This document shows, in pieces, positions 50,601 to 63,747 of a stretch of DNA of 64,000 bases; positions within the stretch are counted from its first letter, which is position 1; each line of letters opens with the position of its first letter. Source of the stretch: Macrostomum hystrix (lineage: Eukaryota > Animalia > Platyhelminthes); NCBI GenBank assembly GCA_950097015.1, contig CATNEN010000001.1:16864001-16928000 (forward strand). Reading direction: 5' to 3'. The notes below the pieces were generated by a model. The model saw only the letters and a list, made by a program, of their open reading frames with translations. It was not told the origin of the DNA and made no database searches. The position numbers and the translations under genes are program-made.

Positions 50601-51086
50601 GTTCTTTGCTGCGATTCTAGCTATGGTTCTTTGCTGCGATTCTAGCTATGGTTCTTTGCTGCGATTCTAGCTATGGCTATTTGCTGCGATTCTAGCTATG
50701 GTTCTTTGCTGCGATTCTAGCTATGGTTCTTTGCTGCGATTCTAGCTATGGTTCTTTGCTGCGATTCTAGCTATGGTTCTTTGCTGCGATTCTAGCTATG
50801 GTTCTTTGCTGCGATTCTAGCTATGGTTCTTTGCCGCGATTCTAGCTATGGTTCTTTGCTGCGATTCTAGCTATGGTTCTTTGCTGCGATTCTAGCTATG
50901 GCTCTTTGCTGCGATTCTAGCTATGGTTCTTTGCTGCGATTCTAGCTATGGCTCTTTGCTGCGATTCTAGCTATGGTTCTTTGCCGCGATTCTAGCTATG
51001 GTTCTTTGCTGCGATTCTAGCTATGGTTCTTTGCTGCGATTCTAGCTATGGCTATTTGCTGCGATTCTAGCTATGGTTCTTTGCTA
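47664..51086. repeat. 25-bp minisatellite (tagctatggttctttgctgcgattc) with interspersed 19-bp variant
   Basis: 3.4 kb array; short variant tagctatggcacgcgattc. Confidence 0.95.
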
Positions 51087-51753
51087 TGATAGTACATATA
51101 ATTCTTTACAATTAATTCTATAAAGTCTTTAAAAATGAATTCAGGAATATTTGCCATACTTTTAAAAAAGCTTGTTGTATCAAGCCAGTATTCTCCGTGG
51201 CTAAAAATTGTATTTCTAAATCACTAGGCACTCAAGCACATATCATGCTATGAGGATCAATCATAATTTTATTTTTAACTGGTGCTGATGAAAACAAACA
51301 AAACAATCATAGAGTAGATTTCAACAATTACCAGCGCAATTTAAAACGCCATGTATAATAGTTGATACAAATAGTGATAAAAACCAAGCTATATCTATCT
51401 CAAGCAAATAGTTCATTTTTATAGCATTCGAAACAAAAAAACAAGTTCAGTTGCAAGTACTAATAACAGATAAGAAGATATTTATTAGACGTGGAAGATT
51501 AGAAGACCTCGATCGAAAGGTCATGGGTAGAAAAGGCCAGTAGAAGGATTATGAGTGATATTTTAAATGCCCACAATTACCATTGTTCTGTATCTGCTAA
51601 AATATTAAACAAATCGTCATAGAGGTTTATACAAAGCAATTTTAGTTGACCTTGTCATCAGGGTCTTCTACAGGAATCATTAAATACCTCAGAGATTTTG
51701 ATTCACATGTTGGACCTTCTCGAAAATCGGTAATTCGGTTTGGGAGCGATCAG

Positions 51754-52100
51754 AGGGTCGGTTGCAGAGCGGTCAACGCGTTTGCCTCTCGCACCACGGT
51801 CCTTAAGTTCGATTCCATGGCGAGGCCACATTCATTTGGGGCAGAGCCGCGGAGAGAAGGCTTTGGGGGGCTTGTTGTGCAATTTACGCCCTAGAGGGCC
51901 AACCTCCAAGGCACAGTAAAATCTACACTGCCTGACGATGAGAAAGTCAGGGCAGATGTACACATCTGTGTGAGCGCATGCCTTCGTACAGTATCTGTGC
52001 GTGTGTGCTCAGGAGTCAGCGAAATGTCTCCTCGCTGGCTGCGGCTCTAGTGTCACCAAATGATGCGCCATTGCCCGCCGCCCTTCTGAAATTCTAAAAA
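51754..52100 (+). mobile_element. SINE family 2 copy
   Basis: Colinear with the 28944 SINE from head to tail. Confidence 0.8.
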
Positions 52101-52215
52101 AAAACTGGGAGCCATCGTTAAGTAGGAAGTTAAGTTAAGTGGGAATTTGAAATACCCCGTTGTCTTTCCGCAGGGGGGAAATTGCGTGGACTTTCTACTG
52201 TTAAACGTGCCGCGC

Positions 52216-53544
52216 TCACATATTCTCTGGCTTCAAGTAGATATGCCCAGTCAGAGTGTTCTTCTCAACTACTGGTGTCTGGTTGACAAGATTGTTCGCT
52301 ACCTCTACACGCCTGTCCTGCAGTTTCCTGGTGACTGTCATGCGAAGGCACTCCAAGTCCATGCGAACCGGGCCTTCCAGCACGTCGCACAATGTTTGAA
52401 TGAACCAGGAGCCTCTTTGCTCCTCGCGTATCGCGGCAAAGCCTTGAAATGTTGAATGGCAAACATACAGATCACGATGGTCTTGCTGACTGACTTGAGG
52501 TCTATCAATGGCGACTGGACCATCAAACTGCAATGGCAGTTGTGCCTCCTGAAGAAGTTCCCCTCGGCAGCATTGGAAGAAAAATATCTTCGGTCGACCT
52601 CGCAAACAGCCATCAAGGAATGGCTTAACAATATCCTGCCAATAATGCAGCCGATCCTGATTTGTCAGCTCAATGTAGTCATCATGGCCGTGCGCCATGA
52701 CAAAAACGACAAGGCAATCAAAGTTATTGAACATCTTAAACATTTTTTGCATTTCCTGAATTTTTTTCAAAACATCTTCACGACTCGGATCTAGCAACTT
52801 AAAAATGATGTACCCAAAACCATTAAACAAATCCTGTAATCTACGAACATCAATTTCCGAACCAGCTCGGTTTCTTTGTACATTGATGATGACGCAGACA
52901 GGAAACTTCATTGGATAAACTTGAACAGGACTAGCTGGGTCCAAGGTCACACTAGCAACAGCAGCAGCAGCATTTGATGCAGCAGTAGTACTAGCTTCGG
53001 CAGCACGCTCGGAGTTTGCACTATAATTTTGTGCATAGATTTCAATTAAATTGCTTACAACAGGTGACAAATCACTCAGACGACGCAACGCTTGGATGTT
53101 CCTGTCCCACACAATGGACTTTGTAAGCAGCCGTGCCATAATGTCAATAGCGTCACTTTGATTAGCATCTCCATCATCACTAAAAGCAGAGTTCAGCAGC
53201 TCCCTCACTCTAGGAACATCAGCATCGGGAAATTGGACAGCGATGTTAAACAACAATCTACGCAGTGGTGAAATGCAGTCAGGTGATGATGCCGCCACTT
53301 CAGGCAGATTGTTGAGAATGCAGCAGCCAATCAGAGACATGTTGGCAGCCAACAATGCTTGATAAATAGCAGATGGTGCTGAGTTGCCATACCAGATGCC
53401 TACATTTGCAAGTAACTGGTGAGCATTGCAAATTTTTTTCGCCTGCTGAGAATTTTTAGATAAAAGAAAAACAAGATCTTTGATATCGCTCTCGGTTAAG
53501 AATGCCAAGAATTTGAGAATTATTCTAGATTTGTCATCAGACAT
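52216..53544 (-). CDS. Initiator-type caspase with a tandem DED-like prodomain (caspase-8/10-like)
   Basis: RAGSEIDV, VMAHG, GRPKIFFFQCCRG, GSWFIQ and QTP motifs; two N-terminal helical repeats (LTESDIKDLVFLL; LRRLLFNIA...). First ATG at 53544, with a splice acceptor just upstream at 53589. Confidence 0.85.
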   Translation of the reverse strand: MSDDKSRIILKFLAFLTESDIKDLVFLLSKNSQQAKKICNAHQLLANVGIWYGNSAPSAIYQALLAANMSLIGCCILNNLPEVAASSPDCISPLRRLLFNIAVQFPDADVPRVRELLNSAFSDDGDANQSDAIDIMARLLTKSIVWDRNIQALRRLSDLSPVVSNLIEIYAQNYSANSERAAEASTTAASNAAAAVASVTLDPASPVQVYPMKFPVCVIINVQRNRAGSEIDVRRLQDLFNGFGYIIFKLLDPSREDVLKKIQEMQKMFKMFNNFDCLVVFVMAHGHDDYIELTNQDRLHYWQDIVKPFLDGCLRGRPKIFFFQCCRGELLQEAQLPLQFDGPVAIDRPQVSQQDHRDLYVCHSTFQGFAAIREEQRGSWFIQTLCDVLEGPVRMDLECLRMTVTRKLQDRRVEVANNLVNQTPVVEKNTLTGHIYLKPENM

Positions 53545-53805
53545 GCTGCAGCTATCAACTTGGATTTCACTTGGAGTCACTTCAATTTCTGGAAGGAAAT
53601 ATTTATGATTGATTATAAAGATCAAAGGTAAAAAAGTGCAACAGGAACCATTAATGCAAAAAGTTATTGGTACTTAAAGACATTAAATGTAATAGAAATA
53701 CAGTTATTATACTTTTTTGGGCCTAGGCCTTAACTTTGTTCCGTTTTTAGCTCCGTTTTTATTCCAATTTATTGCATAGGTTAAGCCTCTCTGTGTACCT
53801 ATGTG

Positions 53806-53986
53806 CAGGGGCGTAGCCAGGATTTTTGGTGGGATTGGTTTTAGGTTCTGTCCAGCATAATTTGCTAACTTGGATTAAAAAAGTAATTAATTCTTTTAAA
53901 GAATCTGAATGTAAAAAAAAATACCAAAATTTTGGGGGTATCACTGTATCGGCCAATACACCAATATCCCACTGGCTATGCCACTG
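53806..53986. mobile_element. hAT-type MITE
   Basis: Imperfect TIRs caggggcgtagccag / ctggctatgccactg; 8-bp TSD cctatgtg / cctgtgtg. Confidence 0.65.
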
Positions 53987-54385
53987 CCTGTGTGCTTAGG
54001 AGTTACCAAAATGGGTAGAAATGCCTCCTGACTGGCTATAGGTCAAGTGCAACCAATTGTGTGCTGTTTGCCTGTCAGCTCTCTTGCAATTATTGTGTTT
54101 GCATAGATACTTTCTGTAACTATTTCTACTTACAACAACAGTTCTTAATTTCAAATACCAAAAGATATAGCTAATATACATATTTATGGGTATATGTCCT
54201 TGGGTCCTTATCTGAGATGATTCTCTACTTTGCAAGGGCATCCTCATATTTATTATATTAGTAATATCCTGAAAGCAATTTTCTCATTGCAGATATTTGT
54301 CAAAAGTCACATTGAGACATTTTTGTAGCATTTAGAAGTGACAATTATTTTCTTTTCAATTATGTTAACAACAACAGTTGACATG

Positions 54386-54827
54386 TAGAGATGCTAATAC
54401 CGGGATCCCGGTTTCAAAAAATACCGGTTTTGGGCCATTTTTGGTACTACCAATACCGGTATTAGGGTCAGGTATTGCTCTGGTATTGCTCGGGTATTGG
54501 TCCGGTATTGGTCTAAAATTATCATAATTCATGCATACAGTATTATAGGCCTAATGTATAATTTTTGTCATTAATGAATATGAATGTTCAGCTTATATTA
54601 GTACTAAGTATAGTAGGTAGCATATAAATAGCATCTAATATGTAAGTATAGTTATTAGTCATGCAGAATGTTGCCTATAGGTAGAGATGCTAATACTGGG
54701 ATCCCGGTTTCGAAAAATACCAGTTTTGGGTCATTTTTGGTATTATTTGGTATTTTGGTATTGGCAAATTCCGGTATTGCATACTGGGATCCCAGTTTTG
54801 GGCAAGTCTGGTATTTTAGCATCCTTA
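54386..54827. mobile_element. Probable MITE with duplicated left end
   Basis: tagagatgctaatac-gggatcccggtttc at about 54386 and 54682; inverted end ggtattttagcatcctta near 54810. Confidence 0.45.
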
Positions 54828-57399
54828 TTGACATGCAATTGATATTTCATAAGATATGTTCATTTACAAAGCCAAAGATCTAAAATCTGCATATTAAGAA
54901 GCAGAAAATACAATCCTAAACTTCCCCTATCAAGACAATGCTAGACCTTATCCAGAAAGCCATTTAATAAATAAGTGTGCTAAAAGTAGTTGGGCAAATG
55001 GCCTATCTTTGCTGAGTGTCTAAGTCCTACTTTACAATCTGCTTTGTGTAATATATTAGCCTAGCACAAAGATTTTATATAGAATATATTCTAAATTATA
55101 ACCCAGGGGAGTTTTTTAAGAATTGCTAAAGGGAACAAAGAGGCTAAAGCTTGTGCAGAACTGGAAACTTTTGACCTTGTAGACACTGTTCCATTATGCT
55201 GTCTTACTTGGCCTAAACCAAAAAAGCTAAGAAGAAGCAATTGGGAGCATCATTGGCTGAACCACAACTCTACAAGCCTAGGCTACAGCCTCTATGCAAA
55301 CTATTTCAAAGATTGTCTAAGAGCAGCAGCAGCAGTATCAACAGCAACATTACAGGCATCTCAGAGTTAGAGTTAGACTTAAGCATAGAAATTTGATAAA
55401 AAATAATATTTCACTTTCCAACAGTATTTGCTATCCAGTTACAACTTGATTAAGGTCTGCCACAGAAATTACAAATTTTGCCTAGCCTTTGAGCCTTATA
55501 AACAGGCTTTCTAATGGTCTATTTAGCAGTCTTGCTAGTCTTGCATTTTGCCAAAAGTTTAAGTCTACATCTTTGCCTTTAAAAAGTTGCTAATTGCTAC
55601 TAGATAAAAATCAAACTGACTGGCCTTAAATTCTACTACAAATTACCTTATCCATGTAAATTTTAGGCCTTTTACTATTCCACTATAGTTTTAAATATGT
55701 TATACAATACAAGTATTTTACTCTTACCTTCTTTTTGTGCACTACAATCAATACTAATTAATATCTTATTTTTAGGCTATAAAACATTTTTGTGGTGCTA
55801 AAGTTTTTTTAACTGATAGAGATACTTTTGCCATTCTCTGTGTGTTCTTCACTTGTTAATTTAGTTTATTTTTTTGTGTGCAAAGCCAGCCGCTATAATA
55901 ATTTCATACTAGGCCTATATAATTATTTTTAACTGTGTTTTAGGTTTTTTTAATGCTTCGACACAAATTTCATAAGAAATACATTCAGAGTAAATTAAAT
56001 AATAACTTAATAATTTATTTGTTTCAACATATTTTAAATGACTTAAGGGCATTAAGGGCACAAGGGTGTCAGGCTGTAATAGGTCTCCTAATAGTAATAG
56101 TAATAAATACATTAACATTCGCCAAAACTTGTTACAACTCATATAATATAATATATCTTATCACAAATGTCATAATGTCATACTGTACTCAAATAAATAG
56201 ACCGTTTTATTAGCAAAAATCCCAAAATTTGGGTTTCGTAACAAACAAACATTGAGGGTATACTGGACCACCAGTGCAGTGGCGCTCTTCCGCACCGCGT
56301 TTTTTACAGTGGTTTTTGGGCTTGCCCCCGCTGATCAGCCCCTAACCGGGGCTCTGCCACGTTAAAGCTGAATTCCAAGACACGAGGCCTTTCGACAGCG
56401 TCAGACAGGTTGATAGTAAATAATCGATAACTGTACATTGAAAGATCATCTAGAAAGTATTTTTTGCCATAAATCTTTATACTTTTGCAAGTAAGTTGTA
56501 TTAGTTTGTTTAAACGTTTAAAATGGCTTGATATAGAGACGCGCATTTTCAGTTTCATCGAAACAGAGGAATTTGACCACTATCTGACATCAGGCTCTTC
56601 GATTGCTCTATCAAACCTATTTAGCTATTTGTTAAATAAGGTAAGGAATAGATAAAATTCGAAAAGAGAAAATCATTTTACTTTCGTTCGCAATTCATAT
56701 CTATAACACTCGTTTGTAAATCTGCTACCATTTTACTACATTAATTTCCTTTTTGTAAATATTTGAGCGTCTAACACGTACTCACGAACTAATATACTGT
56801 TATTCATATGCTACAGTAACTACACTAACTTTCTAATATACTACACCTATAAATTCTACACCTATAAAGGTGCATTTCATATTTAATTATTTGTGTAGTA
56901 CAAGCAACATATTTTTTATCTATGTTTTCGCTTATAAGTGTCATTTACATTTTTGCACTATTCGTCGTAATTCCTAAATTAATCAACTCCGAATTGCAGC
57001 TGCTGCAAATCGTAAAAAATAAAAATTTAACCCAATAAAAATTAAAAAAAAACTTTTATTAGCAGAACCAAAAGTATATTATAGTAAAATGTATTACTGT
57101 CATGTTCTCTGATTAACAGTTTACTTCTACTAGACTACTTGCCTTAAATTGTTCAATAAAATAAATTTCAAAAGTCCCAAAGATCCGTGTTTCTCCATTT
57201 CATTATATATTTTTTATGAACGGAAACTTAGTCAATAGTATCACAATATAATATAGGCCCACAGAGCTTACATTAAATAATTTATGTTGCTAGATCCTAG
57301 ATCTGTGCATATAATTATAACTTTTAGACGCACAGTAATCCTAAGAAGGCCTAGATTCGTCATTTCTTTAACTTCAGCAGCAGCAACAACAGCAGCAGC

Positions 57400-60300
57400 A
57401 TGTCAACCGCCGGGTCAGTCCATGCAGCGGACAGCGCTAGAGCTGCCCCGTCAACCGCGGGTCGAAAGCCTTCAATGGCGACCTCCGCTGACAGCCTGAG
57501 CGCCCGGGTCATGTCCGAGATTAGCGTGATTGGCAGTCTCACCTTGAGCAGCGTTGTGTGAGCAACTGTTCTGACATGTTTGGTTTGTGGAGGTGCATTG
57601 ACTTAGAGGACTTATTGAAGACAGATAGAGGACAATTAGAGGGGCATTGTAGAGGACAGGTAGAGGTCAGATTGAGTACAGGTAGAAAGCTGAGCACACT
57701 GTACAGGTGTAGGACACGTCGATGGTCTTGCAGAGAGAACTCTTACCATAGACTATAATTGGTCTCGCGCTAAATTGAACACACTGCCAGGGAATTCCCA
57801 GATGAGGAGTGTATGATTGTTCGAGTATCTCACGACAAGGCCCTGTGGGCTGTGGGCCTCACCTCCGGCCGCATACAATTCTTCACCACGGAGACTTGCA
57901 CCCTGGTGTATTCGCTGGATCCGCCGGATCGTCGCGAGAATGAGACGGTCACCGGCCTGGTCTTTGTTCCTCCGGATTCCAGGTCGCAGAGGTCCGAGAG
58001 GCAGCACCTCTTACTCGCCTGCTACGCAACTGGCCAAATTCGTCTATGGCACTATACGGGCGTTGCTAACCCGTTGCTATGGACTGTAGTCGCGGAATCG
58101 CTGCCTCAGGAGGGTGAAACACAGCAGCAACAGCAGCAGCAGCAGCAGCAGCAGAAGCAAAATGAGCGATCTAAGCAACGCGGAAATGAGAAGTCTAACA
58201 ACCAGCAGCTGCTCTGCCTGGCCTGCTCTCCTGACTCGCAGCGCTTCATTGTCGGATGCGTCGACGGTTCGATTCGAGTCTACGACCTGCGCCGTCACAG
58301 CATGATCAACGTCTGCCAGTCCAGCTACTCTGTCAACCGAGTGGACGGTCACCGGAACCGGGTGTGCGCCGTGGTCTACCACCCGCTGGGGAAGCAGATG
58401 CCGGCAGACTACGGCCACGTGTTCGTCTCAGGCGGCTGGGACAACACAGTGCAAATCTGGGACGACAGGCGAGGCCACAGCCTGTGGGTGTACTTCGGAC
58501 CCCACGTGTGCGGCACGGACGCTTTGGACATTGACCCGCTGCAGAATCACATCCTGACTAGCAGTTGGGAGAGGCACCGGGCACTGCTCCAGGTGAGAGC
58601 GCTGTTTAAGGATTGAAAATATGGCTTTTAAAATACCCACTTCCTCATCTATGACCCACTTCCTCAGCTATGACCCACTTCCTCAGCTATGACCCACTTC
58701 CTCATCTATGACCCACTTCCTCAGCTATGACCCACTTCCTCATCTATGACCCACTTCCTCAGCTATGACCCACTTCCTTATCTATGACCCACTTCCTCAG
58801 CTATGACCCACTTCATCAGCTATGACCCACTTCATCAGCTATGACCCACTTCATCAGCTATGACCCACTACAATAACTATGACCTATGTAACCCATAATT
58901 TTCATAAAATTTCTTTAAAATAATATCCATCAATGAATAATTCATCAATTACCGATTCATAAATGACCAATTCATCAATGACCAATCCATCAATGACCAA
59001 TCTGTCAATGACCAATCTGTCAATGACCAATCTGTCAATGACCAATCTGTCAAAGACCAATCTGTCAATGACCAAAACCACAAACAGGTGTGGAAATTTC
59101 CCGACGAAGCGGCCAAAGGTCGCGTTGACTTTGACGAGCCAGGAGTCCAGGAGGACATGCTGAAAAGTCGGCCTCTAGGCGAGCTGCAGCAGGACCCAAT
59201 GTCCGCACCGTCCATGGGCTACGTGGCGCAATGGCTTGGCGACCAGTACATGCTGTTCGCTGGCAGCAATGCGAACCTGCTCAAGATTGTTGACAGGGGC
59301 ACTTTAAATGTGAGTCGCGTTAAGTCTTATCATCTTTAGCTGTTGTGTCATCTTGTTCTGTGAGTGCCAGAGCGGTGCCTCTCGCACCAAGGTCCCTGAG
59401 CTCGATTCCGCTGTGAGGCCAAATTCATTTGGGGCGCAGCCGCTGAGAGAAGGCTTTGGGGACTAGTTTTACAATTTACGCACTTGAGAGCCAACCAGAC
59501 AACTACCTGTCTTGACTGGTTGGTTCGATACCGGTTTTGACTAGTTCGATACCTGTTTTGACTGGTTCGATACCGGTTTTCACTGGTTCGATACCTATTT
59601 TAACTGATTCGATACCAGTTCTGGTTGGTTCGATTCCTGTTTCGACTGGTTCGATACCTGTCTTCACTTGTTCGATGCTTGTTATGACTTGTTCGATACC
59701 TGTCTTCACTAGTTCGATGCTTGTATGACTGGTTCGATACCTGTTTTGACTAGTTCGATACCTGTTTTGACTGGTTCGATACCGGTTTTCACTGGTTCGA
59801 TTCCTGTTTTGACTAGTTCGATACCTGTTTTGACTGGTTAGATACCTGTTTTGACTAGTTCGATACCTGTTTTGACTGGTTCGATACCGGTTTTCACTGG
59901 TTCGATACCTGTTTTAACTGATTCGATACCAGTTCTGGTTGGTTCGATTCCTGTTTCGACTGGTTCGATACCTGTCTTCACTTGTTCGATGCTTGTTATG
60001 ACTGGTTCGATACCTGTCTTCACTTGTTCGATGCTTGTTATGACTGGTTCGATACCTGTCTTCACTAGTTCGATGCGTGTATGACTGGTTCGATACCTGT
60101 TTTGACTGGTTCGATACCTGTTTTGACTTGTTCGATACCTGTTTTGACTGGTTCGATACCTGTCTTCACTTGTTTGATGCCTGTATGACTGGTTAGATAC
60201 CGGTTTTGACTGGTTCGATACCTGTCTTCACTAGTTCGATGCGCGTATGACTGGTTCGATACCTGTCTTCACTTGTTCGATGCTTGTTATGACTGGTTCG

Positions 60301-62801
60301 ATACCTGTCTTCACTAGTTCGATGCGCGTATGACTGGTTCGATACCTGTTTTGACTGGTTCGATACCTGTTTTGACTTGTTCGATACCTGTTTTGACTGG
60401 TTCGATACCTGTCTTCACTTGTTTGATGCCTGTATGACTGGTTAGATACCGGTTTTGACTGGTTCGATACCTGTCTTCACTTGTTCGATGCCTGTATGAC
60501 TGGTTCGATACCGGTTTTGACTAGCTCGATACCGCTTTTGACTGCCAGCTATTATTAGTTACCTTCATTTAATAATCTTCGATTGATCTTACAATATTTT
60601 ATAGATTTTAAAGAAACTCAAATATTTAAATATTTTATATCAAAATATATTTCATTGAGCAGCGTAATTCATTACTTACGAAAGCTTTCATCTGGATGCA
60701 TATATCACAGGATTAAACAAGCAAAGTCATAAACAATACACAAGCAATGTTCTTATTATTTATTTATCCAATAAAAAATACATAACGGTGTCACCTACAC
60801 ACAAGACTGTAGCAGTAGCTAAACCTAGCCAAGTGGCTTCAAGTGGCTTAATACTTATTGTTGGCACAATTTATATGATAGAATATAGAAATTTTACCCA
60901 CAATTTGTGTAGGGTCAGTTTTTGCCTAGCAAACCTTATATTTGTAGCTGTTGTTGCTGAATGCTTCTATTCATTTGCTAGAAAGTTTTTAATTAAAAAT
61001 AATTTTTGCTAGGTTCTTCTATCCTTAAAAATGCTTAGCTTAGAGAAAAATAGTTTTGAAGGCCAGTTAAGCTTCTAATGCCTGTCTAGAGAGACCAAAA
61101 AATACTGTTGACTGGTTCGATACTTAGTTTGACTGGTTCGATACCAGTTTAACTAGTTCGATACCTAGTTTGACTGGTTCGATACCTAGTTTGACTGGCT
61201 CGATACTTAGTTTGACTGGTTCGATACTTAGTTTTACTGGTTCGATACCAATTTTACTAGTTCGATACCAGTTTTACTAGTTCGATACCTAGTTTGACTA
61301 GTTCGATACCTAGTTTGACTGGTTCGATACTTAGTTTGACTGGTTCGATACTTTGTTTGACTGGTTCGATACTTAGTTTGACTGGTTCGATACTTAGTTT
61401 GACTGGTTCGATACTTAGTTTGACTGGTTCAATACCTAGTTTGACTAGTTCGATACCTAGTTTGACTGGTTCGATACCAGTTTGACTAGTTCGATACCTA
61501 GTTTGACTGGTTCGATACCAGTTTGACTGGTTCGATACTTTGTTTGACTGGTTCGATACTTAGTTTGACTGGTTCGATACTTTGTTTGACTGGTTCGATA
61601 CTTAGTTTGACTGGTTCAATACCTAGTTTGACTAGTTCGATACCTAGTTTGACTGGTTCGATACCAGTTTGACTAGTTCGATACCTAGTTTGACTGGTTC
61701 GATACCAGTTTGACTGGTTCGATACTTTGTTTGACTGGTTCGATACTTAGTTTGACTGGTTCGATACTTAGTTTGACTGTTTCGATACTTAGTTTGACTG
61801 GTTCAATACCTAGTTTGACTGGGTCGATACCAGTTTGACTAGTTCGATACCTAGTTTGACTGGTAAGATACTTTGTTTGACTGGTTCGATACTTAGTTTG
61901 ACTGGTTCGATACTTAGTTTGACTGGTTCGATACTTAGTTTGACTGGTTCAATACCTAGTTTGACTGGTTCGATACCAGTTTGACTAGTTCGATACCTAG
62001 TTTGACTGGTTCGATACCTAGTTTGACTGGCTCGATACTTAGTTTTACTGGTTCGATACCAGTTTGACTAGTTCGATACCTAGTTTGACTGGCTCGATAC
62101 TTAGTTTTACTGGTTCGATACCAGTTTGACTGGTTCGATTCCTGTTTGACTGGTTCGATTCTTTTTTTCACTGGTTCGATACCTGTTTTGACTGGTTCGA
62201 TTCCTTTTTTCACTGGTTCGATACCTGTTTTGACTGGTTCGATTCCTGTTTTGACTGGTTCGATTCCTGTTTTACTGGTTCGATACCTCTTTTAACTGGT
62301 TCGATTCCTTTTTTCACTGGTTAGATACCTGTTTTGACTGGCTCGATTCCTGTTTTACTGGTTCGATACCTCTTTTAACTGGTTCGATTCCTTTTTTCAC
62401 TGGTTAGATACCTGTTTTGACTGGCTCGATTCCTGTTTTGACTGGTTCGATTCCTTTTTTCACTGGTTCGATTCCTGTTTTGACTGGTTCGATTCCTGTT
62501 TTGACTGGTTCGATTCCTGTTTTGACTGGTTCGATTCCTGTTTTGACTGGTTCGATTCCTGTTTTGACTGGTTCGATTCCTTTTTTACTGGTTCGATACC
62601 TGTTTAGATTGTTTCGATTCCCAGAAACCTGAAAACGTTCGCTACCGCTAATTTCAGGTTGTGGCGAGTGTGTCGGACCTGCACAAAGGTGTGTACTCGG
62701 TGGCTCCACTGCTGCCAGAGAGTGCGGACTCGCGCAGGCCGGCAAAAATATCCGTCTGCTCAGGTGCCAGGTTGTACACCTTCAGATTTGAGAGGAAATA
62801 A
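57400..62801 (+). CDS. WD40-repeat protein, 4 exons, about 441 aa, with a polyQ insert
   Basis: Exons 57400-57557, 57791-58592, 59088-59309 and 62658-62801 splice in frame with GT-AG sites. Motifs GHRNRVCAV...VSGGWDNTVQIWD and GCVDGSIRVYD. Confidence 0.82.
58636..59075. repeat. Intronic 19-bp (tatgacccacttcctcagc) and 15-bp (atgaccaatctgtca) tandem repeats
   Basis: Two adjacent arrays filling WD40 intron 2. Confidence 0.9.
59366..59496 (+). mobile_element. Truncated SINE family 2 head
   Basis: cagagcggtgcctctcgcaccaaggtccctgagctcgattcc...gagaaggctttggg. Confidence 0.7.
59505..60545. repeat. 21-bp minisatellite (actggttcgatacctgttttg)
   Basis: Tandem array in WD40 intron 3. Confidence 0.93.
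61108..62602. repeat. 20/21-bp minisatellite (actggttcgatacttagtttg and variants)
   Basis: Second array of the same family in WD40 intron 3. Confidence 0.93.
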
Positions 62802-63034
62802 GCTAGCGAAAGATTTTCGATTAACTTAGTAGTTGTTATTAGATTGTCTTATTTGCATACTTTTTCCTGATCACATATGTCAACTGTAGCTGCTAATTAT
62901 GTACGGGCTAAGCTTTTGTTTGCAATTAATCTATCAGAAAAAAACTTCTTTAAAATTTTAAGGTCATTTTTCGGTCACTCTTAATTATTTTTTTGGGGGT
63001 TCAGTTAATTTAAAGAGGTCATGATTAGATGCTA

Positions 63035-63747
63035 GAAGGTCATGATGGTCATAATGAGATACTGGAAGGTCATAATGAGATACTGGAAGGTCATAATGAG
63101 ATACTGGAAGGTCATAATGAGATACTGGAAGGTCATAATGAGATACTGGAAGGTCATAATGAGATACTGGAAGGTCATAATGAGATACTGGAAGGTCATA
63201 ATGAGATACTGGAAGGTCATAATGAGATACTGGAAGGTCATAATGAGATACTGGAAGGTCATAATGAGATACTGGAAGGTCATAATGAGATACTGGAAGG
63301 TCATAATGAGATACTGGAAGGTCATAATGAGATACTGGAAGGTCATAATGAGATACTGGAAGGTCATAATGAGATACTGGAAGGTCATAATGAGATACTG
63401 GAAGGTCATAATGAGATACTGGAAGGTCATAATGAGATACTGGAAGGTCATAATGAGATACTGGAAGGTCATAATAAGATACTGGAAGGTCATAATGAGA
63501 TACTGGAAGGTCATGATGAGATACTGGAAGGTCAAATTGGTCATGATCGGATCCTGGAAGGTCATAGAGGTCATGATGGGATACTGGAAGGTCAAATTGG
63601 TCATGATCGGATCCTGGAAGGTCATAGAGGTCATGATGAGATACTGGAAGGTCAAATTGGTCATGATCGGATCCTGGAAGGTCATAGAGGTCATGATGAG
63701 ATACTGGAAGGTCATAGAGGTCATGATGGGATACTGGAAGGTCATAG
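63035..63747. repeat. 21-bp minisatellite (ggtcataatgagatactggaa) grading into 30-bp units
   Basis: Perfect 21-mers followed by alternating 30-bp variants. Confidence 0.93.
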
